Below, piece after piece: positions 14,241 through 27,759 of a DNA stretch of 64,000 bases (within the stretch, counting starts at the first letter, position 1; each line of letters opens with the position of its first letter). This DNA is from Mytilus californianus (lineage: Eukaryota), in contig NW_026262670.1 of the NCBI RefSeq assembly GCF_021869535.1, positions 558,001-622,000 on the forward strand, read 5' to 3'. The notes under the pieces were generated by a model. It was not told where the DNA came from. It did not search any database and worked only from the letters and a program-made list of their open reading frames with translations. Position numbers and translations under genes: made by a program.

Positions 14241-14282
14241 CGTCACTGGTTAGTCTTCAGTAAACGAAACGCGCGTCTATTA
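14241..14282 (+). ncRNA. Degenerate minimal type-I hammerhead ribozyme (in retrozyme/PLE repeat fragment ~14175-14300)
   Basis: CGTCA CTGGTTA GTCTTCAGTAAAC GAAAC GCGC GTC TATTA. Core box and stem I 3' strand are mutated. Confidence 0.6.
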
Positions 14283-15401
14283 TACACGACTTTAAGACTG
14301 CTATCTTAATGAGCTAATATACGCCAAGCGCTAAATGGCACACAGTCTAAAAAGATATGATTTAAAGGCATGTTGGATATCCGTAAATAGGACAGCAATC
14401 TTACGAAACCAAAAAACATCAGAAATCTAGTTGTTAACACAATATGTCAAGCCAGGTCTAAAAAGTTTTATCAAAGATTTGTCACCAACACCAACAAATT
14501 CCGAATGACAAACATTTAAACTTTATAAAAAAGAGACGAAAAATACCAAGGATTCCATCAAAAAGAATAGGTCCAATCAAAACTGACTACACCATGATCA
14601 AAAAGAAAAACGACAGAAAGACAAAGCTAATTCAGAAACACGACTTTACAATCTTCTTCTTTTATGATGAGATATGTATAAAGCAGGGATCGATTATTTC
14701 GGTGTAATCGATTGCAATGATTTTTGCATGTAATCGATTACAATAGATTTCTTTATCAAAAGTAATTACATTACTTTTTGGTCACGGTCAATTACATGCT
14801 ACTAAATTGAAAAATAAATAACTTAAGAAAGTTAAACACAATTATCCTCCTCAACATATTTGTAGTGGAAATTTAGAACTTTACACATTCATTTTTGTTT
14901 CTAAAATTAATGTTCTGACTACCGCCATTTTTACTGAGCAAAGAATATAAACATATTTTTTTTTCAATGGGGAATTCTATTTAAAAGAAAAGTTAATAAC
15001 ACACCATTGTTAAATATGTAACAACTGTTAAAATACAAAAAACAATCTCTTAAAATATAATACGCAACAAAAGCAAAAATTACTGGTGCGTTAACGTTTT
15101 GTTTCGGTTATACAACCTGCCTTCCATTATTATGCAAATCAGACAAGTCTTTTAATCTGACAAGACAATCAAACAAATGTCCTTGAGTTTAGTCTAGCAA
15201 CAGATCACGAGGTCACTGGTACACGAACGGATCATATGTGTCACTGGTTTCCGTTTTGGCACGAGACAATGAGATTGTTAAACCCTTCAATGGTGCGTTA
15301 TGCCCGTACTTTGTGTTTTAAAGTCAAATCTTACAATCGTGACGTCAAACTTGTGTATAGTCTGTCTTTTGTTTTGAAATAAGCAACGATTATATAGTCT
15401 G

Positions 15402-15511
15402 CAATATATGTACATTGTTGGAGAATATAAAAATTATTCGTACGAGCTTTAGAAACAGGACGAAAAGCGAGTAGAAAGAAATTTTATATTTCCGACAATG
15501 TACATATATTG
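15402..15511. other. ~110-bp imperfect hairpin, likely 3' end of a non-autonomous transposon
   Basis: CAATATATGTACATTGTTGGAGAATATAAAAATT is inverted as AATTTTATATTTCCGACAATGTACATATATTG. Confidence 0.65.
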
Positions 15512-17128
15512 TTTTATCTTGTATTTTACACCCGACACTCCAAGGTTTAGTTGTTTAAATGCAAATAGTTGTTTCTTTTATTTCAAAGAAATCGACATGC
15601 TTTAAACACGGACTACGCAAAGGAACCCAAAATGAACTATCACTCAATAAGAAAAATTCACATTATCGTTTGCTCAATATGGAAGCGGAGTAACAGGATA
15701 CTTTAATCTGTATTCGAATTGTAATTAAGCAAATTCAATGTGTATACACGAACGGTTCTATTTTTTTAGATACTAGTACAGTAAATGACCAATCTTTCCA
15801 GTCAAATTGATTATTTAAACACCGAATCAACCAACGAATTGCTTGATTTTAAAAAAAAATATACACCATAATTATTTTTCGTATATTATTCTTCTGGTTT
15901 TTGGTTTTCTCGATTTGAATTGTTTCACATCCTTGTTCGTTGCGGCTCTTTCGAGGATAATTGCCTCTTTGGAAATCTTACAGATTCTCCTTGTTTTTAT
16001 ATTCACTGGTTCTGTTTGAAGAGACAATATGACTAAGAGATGTACTTATTCAGATTTAAGTAGGAAGTATATCCTTATGATAGATTCAATGTATACCGCC
16101 ATCTTAGATTGTACAATAGCAGTTCACAATCGGTCTAGTTCTTTGCCTTAATCTGCAAATTTTGAGACAGATTTGCAATTTATGTGTAAGACTGTTTATT
16201 TGTATAATGAAAAATAATTGATTTATTGCATTATTCAAAATGTTTAAACAAATACCAAATATTTGTGCATTTTAGAATCAACTTTTCAACTAAGCCATTT
16301 AAGGGGAGATAACTCTTATAATAAAAATTGTATACTGGAATGATAGTGAAATTTTCATTGTTTACTTGTAGCAAGAAAACAAGTTCGGTGACACCATTTT
16401 TTTCTTTTTATTTTCTTACATATTATAAAACCTATCTTCTCATATTTTATTTCAAAATTCTATTTCATAGATTTCTTTATATTCACAAAAATGTGTTTTT
16501 TCATGAACAATCTATGCAAATTTGGGCAATTTTGCAGGACTTGTAGCTTTAAAAATAGCATGGTGACCCACACTTTTTATTATATTTTTGAAAAAAGCAT
16601 AGTAAAATCTTCATTTTGGCAAAGTATAAGAAAATTCTATCTGAGGAAATATATATCGATGATCCACCTTATGCCTGCACTGCAAATCGCTGAACAGTTG
16701 GTAGATGATTCAAGCATTTATTTTCCAATAAAAAACACAGATATGAACCTCCAACAAGTGACGGAATTTTGAGTGTATGAAAGTTTGCTTATTTTGAAGT
16801 TGATATCCTCATACTATATACTCATATAGCAAAACTTGAAAGGTGTAAAAAAAATTAAGTATAGATTTACATACTGAAATATTCGCTGGGAATTCACGTC
16901 CATATCTTTGAGATTGTACCAACATGACACTTGTTTGGGGTGTTTGACCTTTCACACCTTACATAAAGCGTCGAAACATTGTCCTTGAACATATATACCA
17001 ATAAAATTTTCTCACGACTTAATGTTTAATGTCTCTGTATGACCAATACAAAATTCTTTCCTGTAAAGATAATACTTATATCAATAAACGACCAGGTCCA
17101 GTTATTGACAACCTTTTTTTTATTCGAG

Positions 17129-17166
17129 CGTCACTGATGAGTCTTTTGTACAACGCGCCGTATGGC
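17129..17166 (+). ncRNA. Degenerate hammerhead ribozyme with internal deletion
   Basis: CGTCA CTGATGA GTCTTTTGTA is intact, but the GAC-GAAA segment is deleted. Confidence 0.55.
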
Positions 17167-18591
17167 ACACACAATTATAAGCCTGGTGTTTGATGAGTTT
17201 TTTTATCTATTCAGAAATAAATATCCTGTGGACACAAAATAGAGTAAATTAAATGTAAAATAAATTCAAAAGGTAACATACATTTACAAAAAAAGCAACA
17301 ACTTGAAGGTAGTTAAAACACTTTTCGCATGCAGAACGTACATCGAGAAGTCAGGAGCCTGCTATTCAGTGCATTTTATTTGGTGCTTATATCATATTGA
17401 TTTTTTTGTATATTGTATTATACCGTGATAAATGAGGCCGTTAGTTTTCTAGTCTGAACTGTTTTGCATTTGTCATTTTAATGTCTTTTACAGCTTGCTA
17501 TGCGGTATAGGTTTTGCTCATTGTTGAAGGCCGTACGGTGACCTTTCGTTGCTTACTTCTTTGTCATTTGGTCTCTGGTGGAGAGTATCTCATTGACAAT
17601 CATATCACATCTTCTTATTTTTACATCGACAAGTTATATCATTTATGATTACTTTCAGTGATTGACAACATCACCGTTATTAATATTATTCTACCTAAGT
17701 ATTTCAGTAGTATGTGACCCATAGATATTAAAAGAGACATGGTTTAAGGACAGTTTTGTTTATTTTACAATTTATCACCTACCGATGAACAATATTGATT
17801 TATAGATAAACAAGTCTTTTTATTAACCTGAACTTTGTTGTGTTCTCCATTCAATTTGGTACAATAAGTTCGAAATCAGATTTACAAATGTAGCGATGTT
17901 TTTATTTTCTACATTTTTTAAATAATTAAGATTACATCAAAATAAAAATATTTGTTGTAGTAAGAGAAAACACGGTTTAACCTACTATCAAACCTACTGT
18001 AATAAGCAAAAACCTGTGTTAGAAGACCATTGATGTTTTGTCCCTCTGTAGTGCATTTCATATGGATTGAACCTGTATTAAAAGACCACCTGTCTTATAA
18101 GACCACTTTTTTTCCCTCTCCCTTGAGTGGTCTCTTAAAACAGTGTTCATTGTATATCTTTAATGCTCAACAATTACTTAGTGTTATACCAATCCTCTTT
18201 TCAATGAAATTCAGGGGGAATGTATTGGAAATATTGGCGTTGATACCACTGGACGCGAACGGTCAGAGAACAAAAAAAAAATCAACCAATCAGTAATGAC
18301 ACCGAAATAAAAAGAAAATATGACAAAATTTTACAAATTCAGAAAAAAAGTAGACACGTTATCTGGAAGAAACATACTCTCTCAGACAAAGATGATCTTT
18401 GATGAATTTGTCTACTCTTTTTATGTTCCTCTTGGTCATATACCTCCTAATGTTTCAACGTATTATACATCCCTGTATTTCACGTGTTTATGTTTGAGAG
18501 TTCCTGATGAGCATAAATCATGAAACGAACTTCGGAGGCACAAAATTTATAAAGTGTTATTTGAATAACTGATGTAATCTGTAGATAGCTA

Positions 18592-19853
18592 TGTTCACTA
18601 AAATGATCAGGGGAGGCTTTTATATATGTCATGGCCTATATCCTGTGTTCACTGAAATGATCACGGGGAGGCTTTTATATATGTCATGGCCTATATCCTG
18701 TGTTCACTAAAATGGTGAAAGGAGGCTTTTATATATGTCATGGCCTATATCCTGTGTTCACTAAAATGATCAGGGGGAGGCTTTTATATATGTCATGGCC
18801 TATATACTGTGTTCACTGAAATGGTGTAGGGGAGGCTTTTATATATGTCATGGCCTATATCCTGTGTTCACTGAAATGGTGTAGGGGAGGCTTTTATATA
18901 TGTCATGGCCTATATCCTGTGTTCACTGAAATGATCACGGGGAGGCTTTTATATATGTCATGGCCTATATCCTGTGTTCACTAAAATGGTGAAAGGAGGC
19001 TTTTATATATGTCATGGCCTATATCCTGTGTTCACTAAAATGATCAGGGGGAGGCTTTTATATATGTCATGGCCTATATACTGTGTTCACTGAAATGGTG
19101 TAGGGGAGGCTTTTATATATGTCATGGCCTAGATCCTGTGTTCACTGAAATGATCACGGGAAGGCTTTTATATATGTCATGGCCTAGATCCTGTGTTCAC
19201 TAAACTGATCAGGGGGAGGCTTTTATATATGTCATGGCCTAGATCCTGTGTTCACTTAAATGATCAGGGGGAGGCTTTTATATATGTCATGGCCTAGATC
19301 CTGTGTTCACTGAAATGGTGTAGGGGAGACTTGTATATATGTCATGGCCTAGATCCTGGGTTCACTAAAATGATCAGGGGGAGGCTTTTATATATGTCAT
19401 GGCATATATCCTGTGTTCTCTGAAATGGTGAAGGGGAGGCTTTTATATATGTCATGGCCTAGATCCTGTGTTCACTGAAATGATCACGGGGAGGCTTTTA
19501 TATACGTCATGGCCTAGATCCTGTGTTCACTAAAATGATCAGGGGGAGGCTTTTATATATGTCATGGCCTAGATCCTGTGTTCACTAAAATTGTGCAGGA
19601 TAGGCTTTTATATATGTCATGGCCTATATACTGTGTTCACTGAAATGGTGTAGGGGAGGCTTTTATATATGTCATGGCCTAGATCCTGTGTTCACTAAAA
19701 TTGTGTAGGGGAGGCTTTTATATATGTCATGGCCTAGATCCTGTGTTCACTGAAATGGTGTAGGGGAGGCTTTTATATATGTCATTGCATAGATCCTGTG
19801 TTCACTGAAATAGTGTAGGGGAGGCTTTTACATATGTCATGGCCTTGATCCTG
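18592..19853. repeat. 55-bp minisatellite, ~23 copies
   Basis: Unit GTGTTCACTGAAATGATCACGGGGAGGCTTTTATATATGTCATGGCCTATATCCT. Confidence 0.95.
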
Positions 19854-19911
19854 GTTTATATGATGCTTATCCAATCTGTCACTTGTATCACTTTATAGAT
19901 TATATTTTTAG

Positions 19912-19992
19912 CTCTTAAAACTTCTTGTCGCAAGTGCACGGAGCGTACTTGACGAAGGTCATTTTAGTTGCATTTCCCGTGCGCTGGGAAAG
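19912..19992 (+). CDS. Candidate internal exon (phase 0-0), LLKLLVASARSVLDEGHFSCISRALGK; weak death-domain-like resemblance
   Basis: Acceptor TATATTTTTAG|, donor AAG|GTAGAT, 81 nt open. After a 54-nt intron, acceptor TTTTTTCTGTATAG| at 20047 gives WSSLARQRDYVTLSCVHTVTFI*. Confidence 0.35.
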
Positions 19993-20282
19993 GTAGATTG
20001 GTACATGTGTATCTTGCGGTTTATTGTTCTCATTTTTTCTGTATAGTGGTCTTCTCTGGCACGTCAACGGGACTATGTTACACTCAGCTGTGTACACACA
20101 GTTACGTTCATCTAGAGTTCGTTATATCATATGAATCACTGTTGCCATGTAGGGTACAGATTTGTTTAGCAGGGTTGTAAATCGTTTTTACTGAGTCCCC
20201 TGATAAATTCGAAGTGGCATATGGTGCCTGTATATATTTTTATTTGCTAAGTACCATTCAGTACTTCTGTGCAATGTCTTAC

Positions 20283-20407
20283 TTGTAATGACATTCTCTG
20301 TATTATGATTAAACCTTGTCCTCGAGATTTCGTACATTCAGGCACCAACCATTCATATTTTATGGGGTGGCATGATTTCTGTCTTAAAATCATGTTTAAA
20401 GAGTTAC
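20283..20407 (-). CDS. Candidate internal exon (phase 1-0), NSLNMILRQKSCHPIKYEWLVPECTKSRGQGLIIIQRMSLQ
   Basis: Acceptor GTTCCTGTAG|, donor CAA|GTAAGA. Only one of three frames is open across 125 nt. Competes with a Cys-rich plus-strand ORF (20269-20511). Confidence 0.3.
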
Positions 20408-20831
20408 CTACAGGAACATTAATTTTCTTTAAATTGATGTTTTTTTTAAAGAAATTTAGACTAGAAAATTATTTTAAACATCTAACTTCAAGCGTAGAAC
20501 CTCGTCAGTAATTGTCGTATGTCATAATAATATGTATATTACGGGTTTTTGTGTTTGGGAGAATTCAGTCGTAATGGCAGATCTTTCATCGTTCTGTTTA
20601 ACTTATATACAGCTTGCCATATGGTCTAGACACATTTCTTAAATCATGTACTATATGTTGAACTCTAGGTGTTATGGTTGTTTTTTGTCGTTTGATTTCT
20701 GTCTCCTTGGCGTTTGTTTTACCAACATCTCTCCTTGTATATACATTAATATTTACAAAATAAAAAAATTCAACAACGACAATAGTACAAACGGTAACTA
20801 GGTTTGAAATTTTAACCTTTGTTTTATACTA

Positions 20832-21104
20832 CGGGAGCTACCATTTGATTTCTATGAGGGGGGGGGGGGGGGGGGGGGGGGGAGTGGGGCTAGGATGAAA
20901 AATTTTGTCCTGCTTTTTTTTAGTTGTAATCTCTGTCCTGCCTTTTTATTTTTCACTCTATTCGGTCCTGCCTTTTTTTATTAGTTTATCCTGACTTTTT
21001 TTACATAAATTGTCATCTTGCCTTTTTTTTTTTGCAAAGTTACTCCTCCTGCCTTTTTTTTACTCAAAACTTCTGTCCTACCTATTCATCAAATTTCATC
21101 CTAG

Positions 21105-21136
<32 letters not shown>

Positions 21137-21160
21137 ATAAAAATCAAATGGTAGCTCCCT
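20832..21160. mobile_element. MITE with long TIRs containing poly-G/poly-C tracts
   Basis: GGGAGCTACCATTTGATT(T/C)TATG(G)n...GGCTAGGATGAAA is inverted as TTTCATCCTAGC(C)nCATAAAAATCAAATGGTAGCTCCC. Confidence 0.9.
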
Positions 21161-22083
21161 AAGCATTGGAATGAAAAAAGTATAAAATTGAATAGCATAA
21201 TTCATATCATACTAGTACTGCAATATATAATACAGTCATGTGATTAATTATATTTTTATGGCACGTTCGGTCACCAATACTAGTAGTTTGTCTTCGAATG
21301 CATAATAGCATAAATTTTCGGAGATCGAATTAAAAAGATTCACGTTTGGACTTTGTACCTTCCGTGTACCCATGTGTCGGTTCTGTGAAGAGTGCATCCT
21401 ATTGTAAAATACGGATTTAATCTACAAGATGTGTCAAACAGATATTTTAATAACCCTATTCCAATATTGTTCAAGACCCTTCAGAATTTGTTTGAACAAA
21501 CCAAGTCGTTACGGTACAACTAGTCGTAAATTAGCGATAATATTTCATCACTGACACACTAAAAAACCATGTGATCAATGTGATCACAAAGTTCTATGCT
21601 GCAGTTAATATTATATTCCTTAATGTGATTGGGTTTCATATTGTAAAAACAATTTTGAACTGTAAAATTAAAAACAAATGAATAAAACGGAGACAAAATG
21701 AAAAGTTAAACGAAATACAAGACTGGAAATGCAAGTGCTCTAACTTAATGACACTACTGGAAACTTGGCACTACTGTTGGCAGCATCAAGAACATTACGT
21801 AACATCCACAAATATTACCTATATACCTTAATATAATACAAGGTACCCTTCTCGCATTTCTCAGAAATGACTCTTGGTCGCGAACTTTCGTTATACGGTA
21901 GTTCGATTCTGTGGTTATTATTTGAGGTATTTCTGATGTGTTGGGAGTTTCAGAGGCACGTGCGTGTGTGAAGTTATATCATGTACACGACTATCGCAGT
22001 GTACTATTCCCTATTACTGTGGAAATTTAACATATATTTTCGTTATAAAGAAAACTAATTAAAGGAAACGTCATCATGGTTTA

Positions 22084-22476
22084 AGGATGTACTTAGGTGA
22101 TGTTTAGGAATTTGTGTCAGATGATCGGACACCTTGTTTTTTTTTCCTACGATACAGGGTAAAATATTTTGCCCCATAACACCCATTTTTCTTTTCATAT
22201 AAGACTTCAATAGCTCATAAAAGGTCATTTACCAAAATTTAAGCAGATTCTAGATTTCTTTTCTTTCGATTTGAGACCCAAATAATACCGATGCAAATAT
22301 AAGGTAAAAGTCCGAGTCAGCCTTTTCCCGCCATTTTTTAAAACTCAAATATCTCGAAATGGAGATCCATAACCTATCAATATTTTTAGCTTGTTTTGTT
22401 CCTTAACTAATGCTCTTCCGACTTATAGTATCAATTTTAAATTCTAGATTTTTTTAATTTCACCTAAGTACATCCC
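22084..22476. mobile_element. ~390-bp MITE with TA target-site duplication
   Basis: TIR (A/G)GGATGTACTTAGGTGA / TCACCTAAGTACATCCC, TA on both flanks. Confidence 0.85.
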
Positions 22477-22987
22477 TAAAATGTATGTCAAAATTTAACT
22501 GTTGAACTGCAGCGTGTTTAAGTACATGTGATGGCGTCTTTATAAAAACCTAGACATTTGTTTGTTATAAATTTGTAAATTTGTTTGTACTGTGGCCTAT
22601 AGCTGCTTTCAACTACGTAATTTTGGACCCTACTACTACTGGCAATTACCCTTATTTCATACATGTAAGCACATTAAAACGTTGCTGTGTTATCAATGCT
22701 CAACCCTCTCACCTTTATGTATCATGGATCAGGAAAATACAAAACTTAAAGGAAAACACAAAGTTATAAGTGACCTTCAAAGTAATAGTACCTTTGTAAA
22801 GTTATATAGATATAAATTATATTGCACTGTAAATGACACAAAACTATTTTATCGCCAGTTAAATAGACACAATGAAGTAGAGGAGAGTATTAGTAAGATT
22901 TGAACACCTCAATACACATAAATCATTCGGGAAGGATTCACACATGCACTTGTGAAGTATTGGGAAATTTATTGCCAACTTGTTTAC

Positions 22988-23130
22988 ATCTTGTGATCAT
23001 TGAAATCGACTTGAACGAGGTACTTAGTTGTCGCTTGGTGGTTTGTTTGATAAAAAGCTTCGTGTTGGTAATAGGATGTGACAAATTCCAGACAGGCGTT
23101 TGAACCGTCTACCAATATATTACTTTTGTA
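22988..23130 (-). CDS. Candidate exon (phase 0-2), YKSNILVDGSNACLEFVTSYYQHEAFYQTNHQATTKYLVQVDFNDHK
   Basis: Acceptor TTTGAATAACAG|, donor AT|GTAAAC, 143 nt open. Splice signals are moderate only. Confidence 0.2.
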
Positions 23131-23303
23131 CTGTTATTCAAAGTAATATGTACGGAAGAAATTTTCCTCCAAAAAACTATATACCATTCTTTCGTTTTGC
23201 TTTAAAAAACTGTCAAACCTTTTAAATTATATGTTGACCTAAAGCAGCCGATCATTTCAATTTAGTTTTGGGAATTTGATATTGATGGTAGATCTTTGAC
23301 AGT

Positions 23304-23740
23304 TTCCGACTTTGTCTAGACTCGGGACGATTTACTTTGTCTAGACTCGGGACGATTCCGATTTTGCCTAGACTCGGGACGATTCCGACTTTTTCTAGAC
23401 TCGGGACGATTTAGAGTTTGTCTAGACTCGGGACGATTCCAACTTTGTCTAGACTCGGGACGATTCCGACTTTGTCTAGACTCGGGACGATTCCGACTTT
23501 GTCAAGACTCGGGACGATTCCGACTTTTTCTAGACTCGGGACGATTTAGAGTTTGTCTAGACTCGGGACGATTCCGACTTTGTCTAGACTCGGGACGATT
23601 CCGACTTTGCCTAGACTCGGGACGATTCCGACTTTTTCTAGACTCGGGACGATTTAGAGTTTGTCTAGACTCGGGACGATTCCGACTTTGTCTAGACTCG
23701 GGACGATTCCGACTTTGTCTAGACTCGGGACGATTTAGAG
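23304..23740. repeat. 27-bp CpG-rich minisatellite, ~16 copies
   Basis: Unit GACTCGGGACGATTCCGACTTTGTCTA. Source of the RPESRQSRN ORF. Confidence 0.95.
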
Positions 23741-24328
23741 CTTTTAAGTGCCAGTCTTTGAAAGAATCAGGCAATTGAAAAAAATCAAAACATGGCCGAA
23801 AAAAAACACCGACCTAACCATCCTATTTTGAAGTTAACCTCAACCTGACTTAGAAATTGTAGGTCTTTTGTTTCTGCGTGTCTGTTAATTCTAGAAATAT
23901 CTTGGCTAGATAAATTTTGGTTAGAATTATAGCAAATTACGGAGTTAGCTCCCCTTAACTGTTCATTTCTAGTGCATTTCAACCAAATTATATCTTGAAT
24001 TACCAGAACAGGAAAAGGAAACGAATGTTATATTCATGCACCATTATACATTTTGAACATAAATTAATGTCAACTTGAGTGGGTTTTTGTTTGTCATGTG
24101 TTCACCACTGCCTGATTCTTAGGCAGATTGGCACTTAAATCCAAAAGGAGGTAAACAAGTGCACCCAGAATACAATAATGGACACTCCCTTGTATTGTTC
24201 TCTGAACTAATGGTCTATATGAACACTTATTCATTGTTGAAGACCGTATGTTGACCTCTAGATTGCTTTTGTTTTCTTTTTTAATAGTTGGGTTGCTGTT
24301 TTTTCACATCATCTTTTATTCATATTAG

Positions 24329-24463
24329 TCCCTTGGTCAAATAGATGCATTAATAGATTCAGACAAACATGTCTGTAAAATGAATAGAAACAATAATGAA
24401 ATAGCATTTATCGGTAGAATTCTCAACCTTTTTCAAGAAAATTCTGAATCCATCCGTGAAAAG
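24329..24463 (+). CDS. Candidate internal exon (phase 0-0), SLGQIDALIDSDKHVCKMNRNNNEIAFIGRILNLFQENSESIREK
   Basis: Long pyrimidine tract ending CATATTAG|, consensus donor AAG|GTAAGT, 135 nt open. The acceptor tract lies at the end of a dispersed repeat, which weakens the call. Confidence 0.45.
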
Positions 24464-26014
24464 GTAAGTATTTTCTCTGTAACACTCTTTCTAATTGATT
24501 TGGCATTTTGTCATATGCAGAACTGTTACAGCTATAATATAATAAAAAAAAATAAAGCAGTCTTCAAGATTAACTACGATTAAATTTGATCGTAAGTTGT
24601 ACTGAAATGTCTATGACTTACGAGTATTTTTACTCTTAAGATTTTTTGTGAAAAGAGCCACTGGTCAGAATAGTCTTTGATGTAGAGAATAGACCTTTCC
24701 AATCTTAAAATCACACTAGCTAGTATCATTAGATCTATTTTAATTATTAACATTGAGGAAAATAATTTGTCCTCTAATATCAATATGATATAAACTTTAT
24801 ATTTTAGCTAACCGTTAATATATATAACATGCCAGTAATATCTTAATATAACTCAATGACGTCATATCATTCTTATGCATATAAGAAAACCTGACACATT
24901 TAATTATAAACATGCAATATTTGATTGTGTTAATTATGTACGTTAATGTTTTACAAAAGTGTACATATATATATGAAACAAAAACAAAAAGACACATGCA
25001 AATTAAAAGTATAATAACAACATTTCAAGAAACGAGGATAAAACGGAAAATACATAAAAGTAATTACAACACACTTTCGTCGGTTCTACGAATAACATAT
25101 CGTTAGAAATTCCCATTCTATAAAATCATGCTTTAAATTCATGACACTAACTCAATCAGACCATCATTTAGAGGATACTATTAAAGTCCTTGAATAGATT
25201 TATGGTATGTGAACTTTTGTTACGATATAGATCACAAACCAAACCACAAGATTATATTCACATTTATGTAAATTTATGTTCTTGCACGTTGTATGTAAAT
25301 TATACAAAAGAGAATTATGCAGATTTCATGTTACATGTTAATCTTTTTCTTTTTTTATTGAAAAAATAAATAAAAAGCAACCAAAACAAAAAAAGAAATA
25401 AAAGAAAATACAAAAGAAATCACAAAAGAAAACAAAAATCCTATCAGAAAAAAATGAAAAAAAGGATGAAAAATAGCCCGTGCCGATATATCAAAAGACG
25501 GATAAAAGGTAACCTGAAAAATCTAGTCGTTATATTCCGCTCACTACGATCACTCACTCCACATCCTCGAGAAACGACAGTGGATCAAGGGAGCAGAATT
25601 AATTGATTAAGACAAAAGGATATTACATGAAGGAGATGGAGTACACATAAAAAAAGATGGAACAAGACGAAAATTAAGTACAATAAGATATTAAAAAAAA
25701 AAGTGTGTCTTATTGACGGAACCTTAAAATACAAATATTATAAGACAGTCACAGTAAGATGGGAAAGGATCATTCAGCTGTCAAATATTTTTTTAAAACT
25801 TTCTCCCGGGACACAGAAAAGACGAAGAAAACTAGCAGAGACAATAAAAACCGTGAACCATCTTTTGGGTACCGCCAAATTCATAACACATGTTTTGAGA
25901 TGGAAAGGATGTTCTTAAAGATTCATTTTTAATGAGGTTTTTTCGAACCATCCTGGGTATCATTCGCCTTTATTTAAAATGTCTTTTGATTTCATTTTTT
26001 GCACAGCTCATAAA

Positions 26015-26205
26015 GTATTAAAAAAACTTAATTTTACACGTTATAATTTTCAAATATTTTCTGGACTGTTCTAAAAATTTTCAGGTCATAATTTTAAAAG
26101 ATTTTCTGAACTATGCGCTTAAATTTTCAGGTCATAATATTCGAAGATTTTCTGGACTGTGCTTAAATTTTACACGTTTATAATTTTCAAAGATTTTCTG
26201 AGCTG
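26015..26205. repeat. Diverged ~45-bp tandem repeat, 4 copies
   Basis: Unit approximately CTTAAATTTTCAGGTCATAATTTTCAAAGATTTTCTGGACTGTG. Confidence 0.8.
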
Positions 26206-27129
26206 GTCAAAGAGAAATCATTTTAACGAAAACCATAATGACGAAAGATACCAAGAAAGGCTCGAACAAACATAGTATCTGTCTTAATGGTTTTAGTTCC
26301 TCTTTGAATGAACTTAAAGTGCAACTACTTTATTACTCTTCTCGGGGTTATATGTCTTCTCAGTTCTAAATTTTATACGGTATTTATTTGATTTTATGGT
26401 ACATAATCAAACCGTTATAATTGAGAAATTTACAAACCTGTCAACGGTAGATGATTTCCTACCCCATCATGATAAAGCACGTTTCTTTAAAGATTGTTAC
26501 CGTGAATTAACATGTAAAGGTATCAATGTTTTTTAAAATCTATTATATATTAGGGTCAGGATGGGGTGTCTTTCAATTCTACATTCTTTTTAATTTTCAG
26601 ACCATTTTTCTCTAATCTTTCTCTATTTTTCCTATATTCTCTATATTTCAGCACCCTATTTTTATCTATTCTTTATTATTTGGATCTATTTTACTCTAAT
26701 CTTTAATTTTTCTCCTTTATTCTGCAATTTTTTCTCTTTACTCTCTATCTGTAAACCTCACCCATACCCTCATATATATACAGGATATAGTATTTAATGA
26801 TTTGTAAAGTATGTCTTATACTACTGATCGGAATTGAATGTGTAAATGATCATTGTGGTTCTTTTTAGTTTGTGCAACTAAAGCATTCAAACAGCACGTG
26901 ACGATATTGTTAGTTTATGCGTGTTCATATCATTAAAGTATACAACCAAACAAGAAGTAATACAAATCAATTAATTTACATTGGATATTATGAATTTTTC
27001 AGGACTGATATTTTTAATTCTTATCGTATCAAGATAAAAAAAAAACCATCCCTTTCTATATTTTTTATTTGTGTTGTTGGAAGAAAATCTAAGGTTGACT
27101 AGGGTATTGAAATATAGTCATGTTAACTT

Positions 27130-27478
27130 TACATCCGATCCGGTGGTAAAGCCCATGCTAAAGAGAGACGTTCTTTTGGGTTCTCGGGATTTATAAATAC
27201 ACAGTCACGTCCGCTCGCAATGGGGAAACGATTAACCCTTAGCCTCTTATAGGAAGAATGCCACGTTGTCTGCTTTACGTTAAAGATCCTTTCATCAGCT
27301 TAACTAGAATCCCGCAGATGACATGATGTAAGTCAAAAAATCTGTCCCTCTCCCTCCTATTCCACCGCCCTTCATCATGGTCAACCAACATTGCAAAATA
27401 TACCTTTTGTATTTATTGTTACAATATAAAGTGGTTCTCATCTTGGATATGCACCGGGATGTTAAACGAACAAGCGAA
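27130..27478 (+). mobile_element. Probable SINE-like dispersed repeat remnant
   Basis: GC-richer island sharing GGAT(T/G)TATAAATAC with ~3770-3790. Ends in short A-rich repeats. Family not assigned. Confidence 0.3.
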
Positions 27479-27485
27479 CAATTAA

Positions 27486-27759
27486 GGGGGTACTAAACAC
27501 TTTGACTAAAATAGATTTGGCTGGTTTGATTTTCATAAAATTTTTACAAAATATCGATTTTGACCTGTTGAATAAAAATATGAAAATTTCAAGAAATTTG
27601 AACCACACATTTTACAGGAATAATTTCATTGGATATATAGCAGTTTAACCATCACTAATTTTGATCATTGAGAAGCCTGATTTCTCTATACAAATAGTAT
27701 GTGATTAAAACGTTCAGCTGATTTTTAAAGAGTTAACTCCCTTAGGTGTTCTGACCCCT
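27486..27759. mobile_element. Non-autonomous DNA transposon with TTAA duplication (Kolobok-like termini)
   Basis: TTAA|GGGGGTACTAAACAC ... GTGTTCTGACCCCT|TTAA. TTAA TSD with purine-purine termini is the established Kolobok signature. Confidence 0.6.

Noticed and set aside
20269-20511. Ly6/three-finger-like Cys pattern in the plus-strand ORF
   Set aside because: Lacks the C-terminal CC...CN motif and any donor site; better splice signals lie on the opposite strand.
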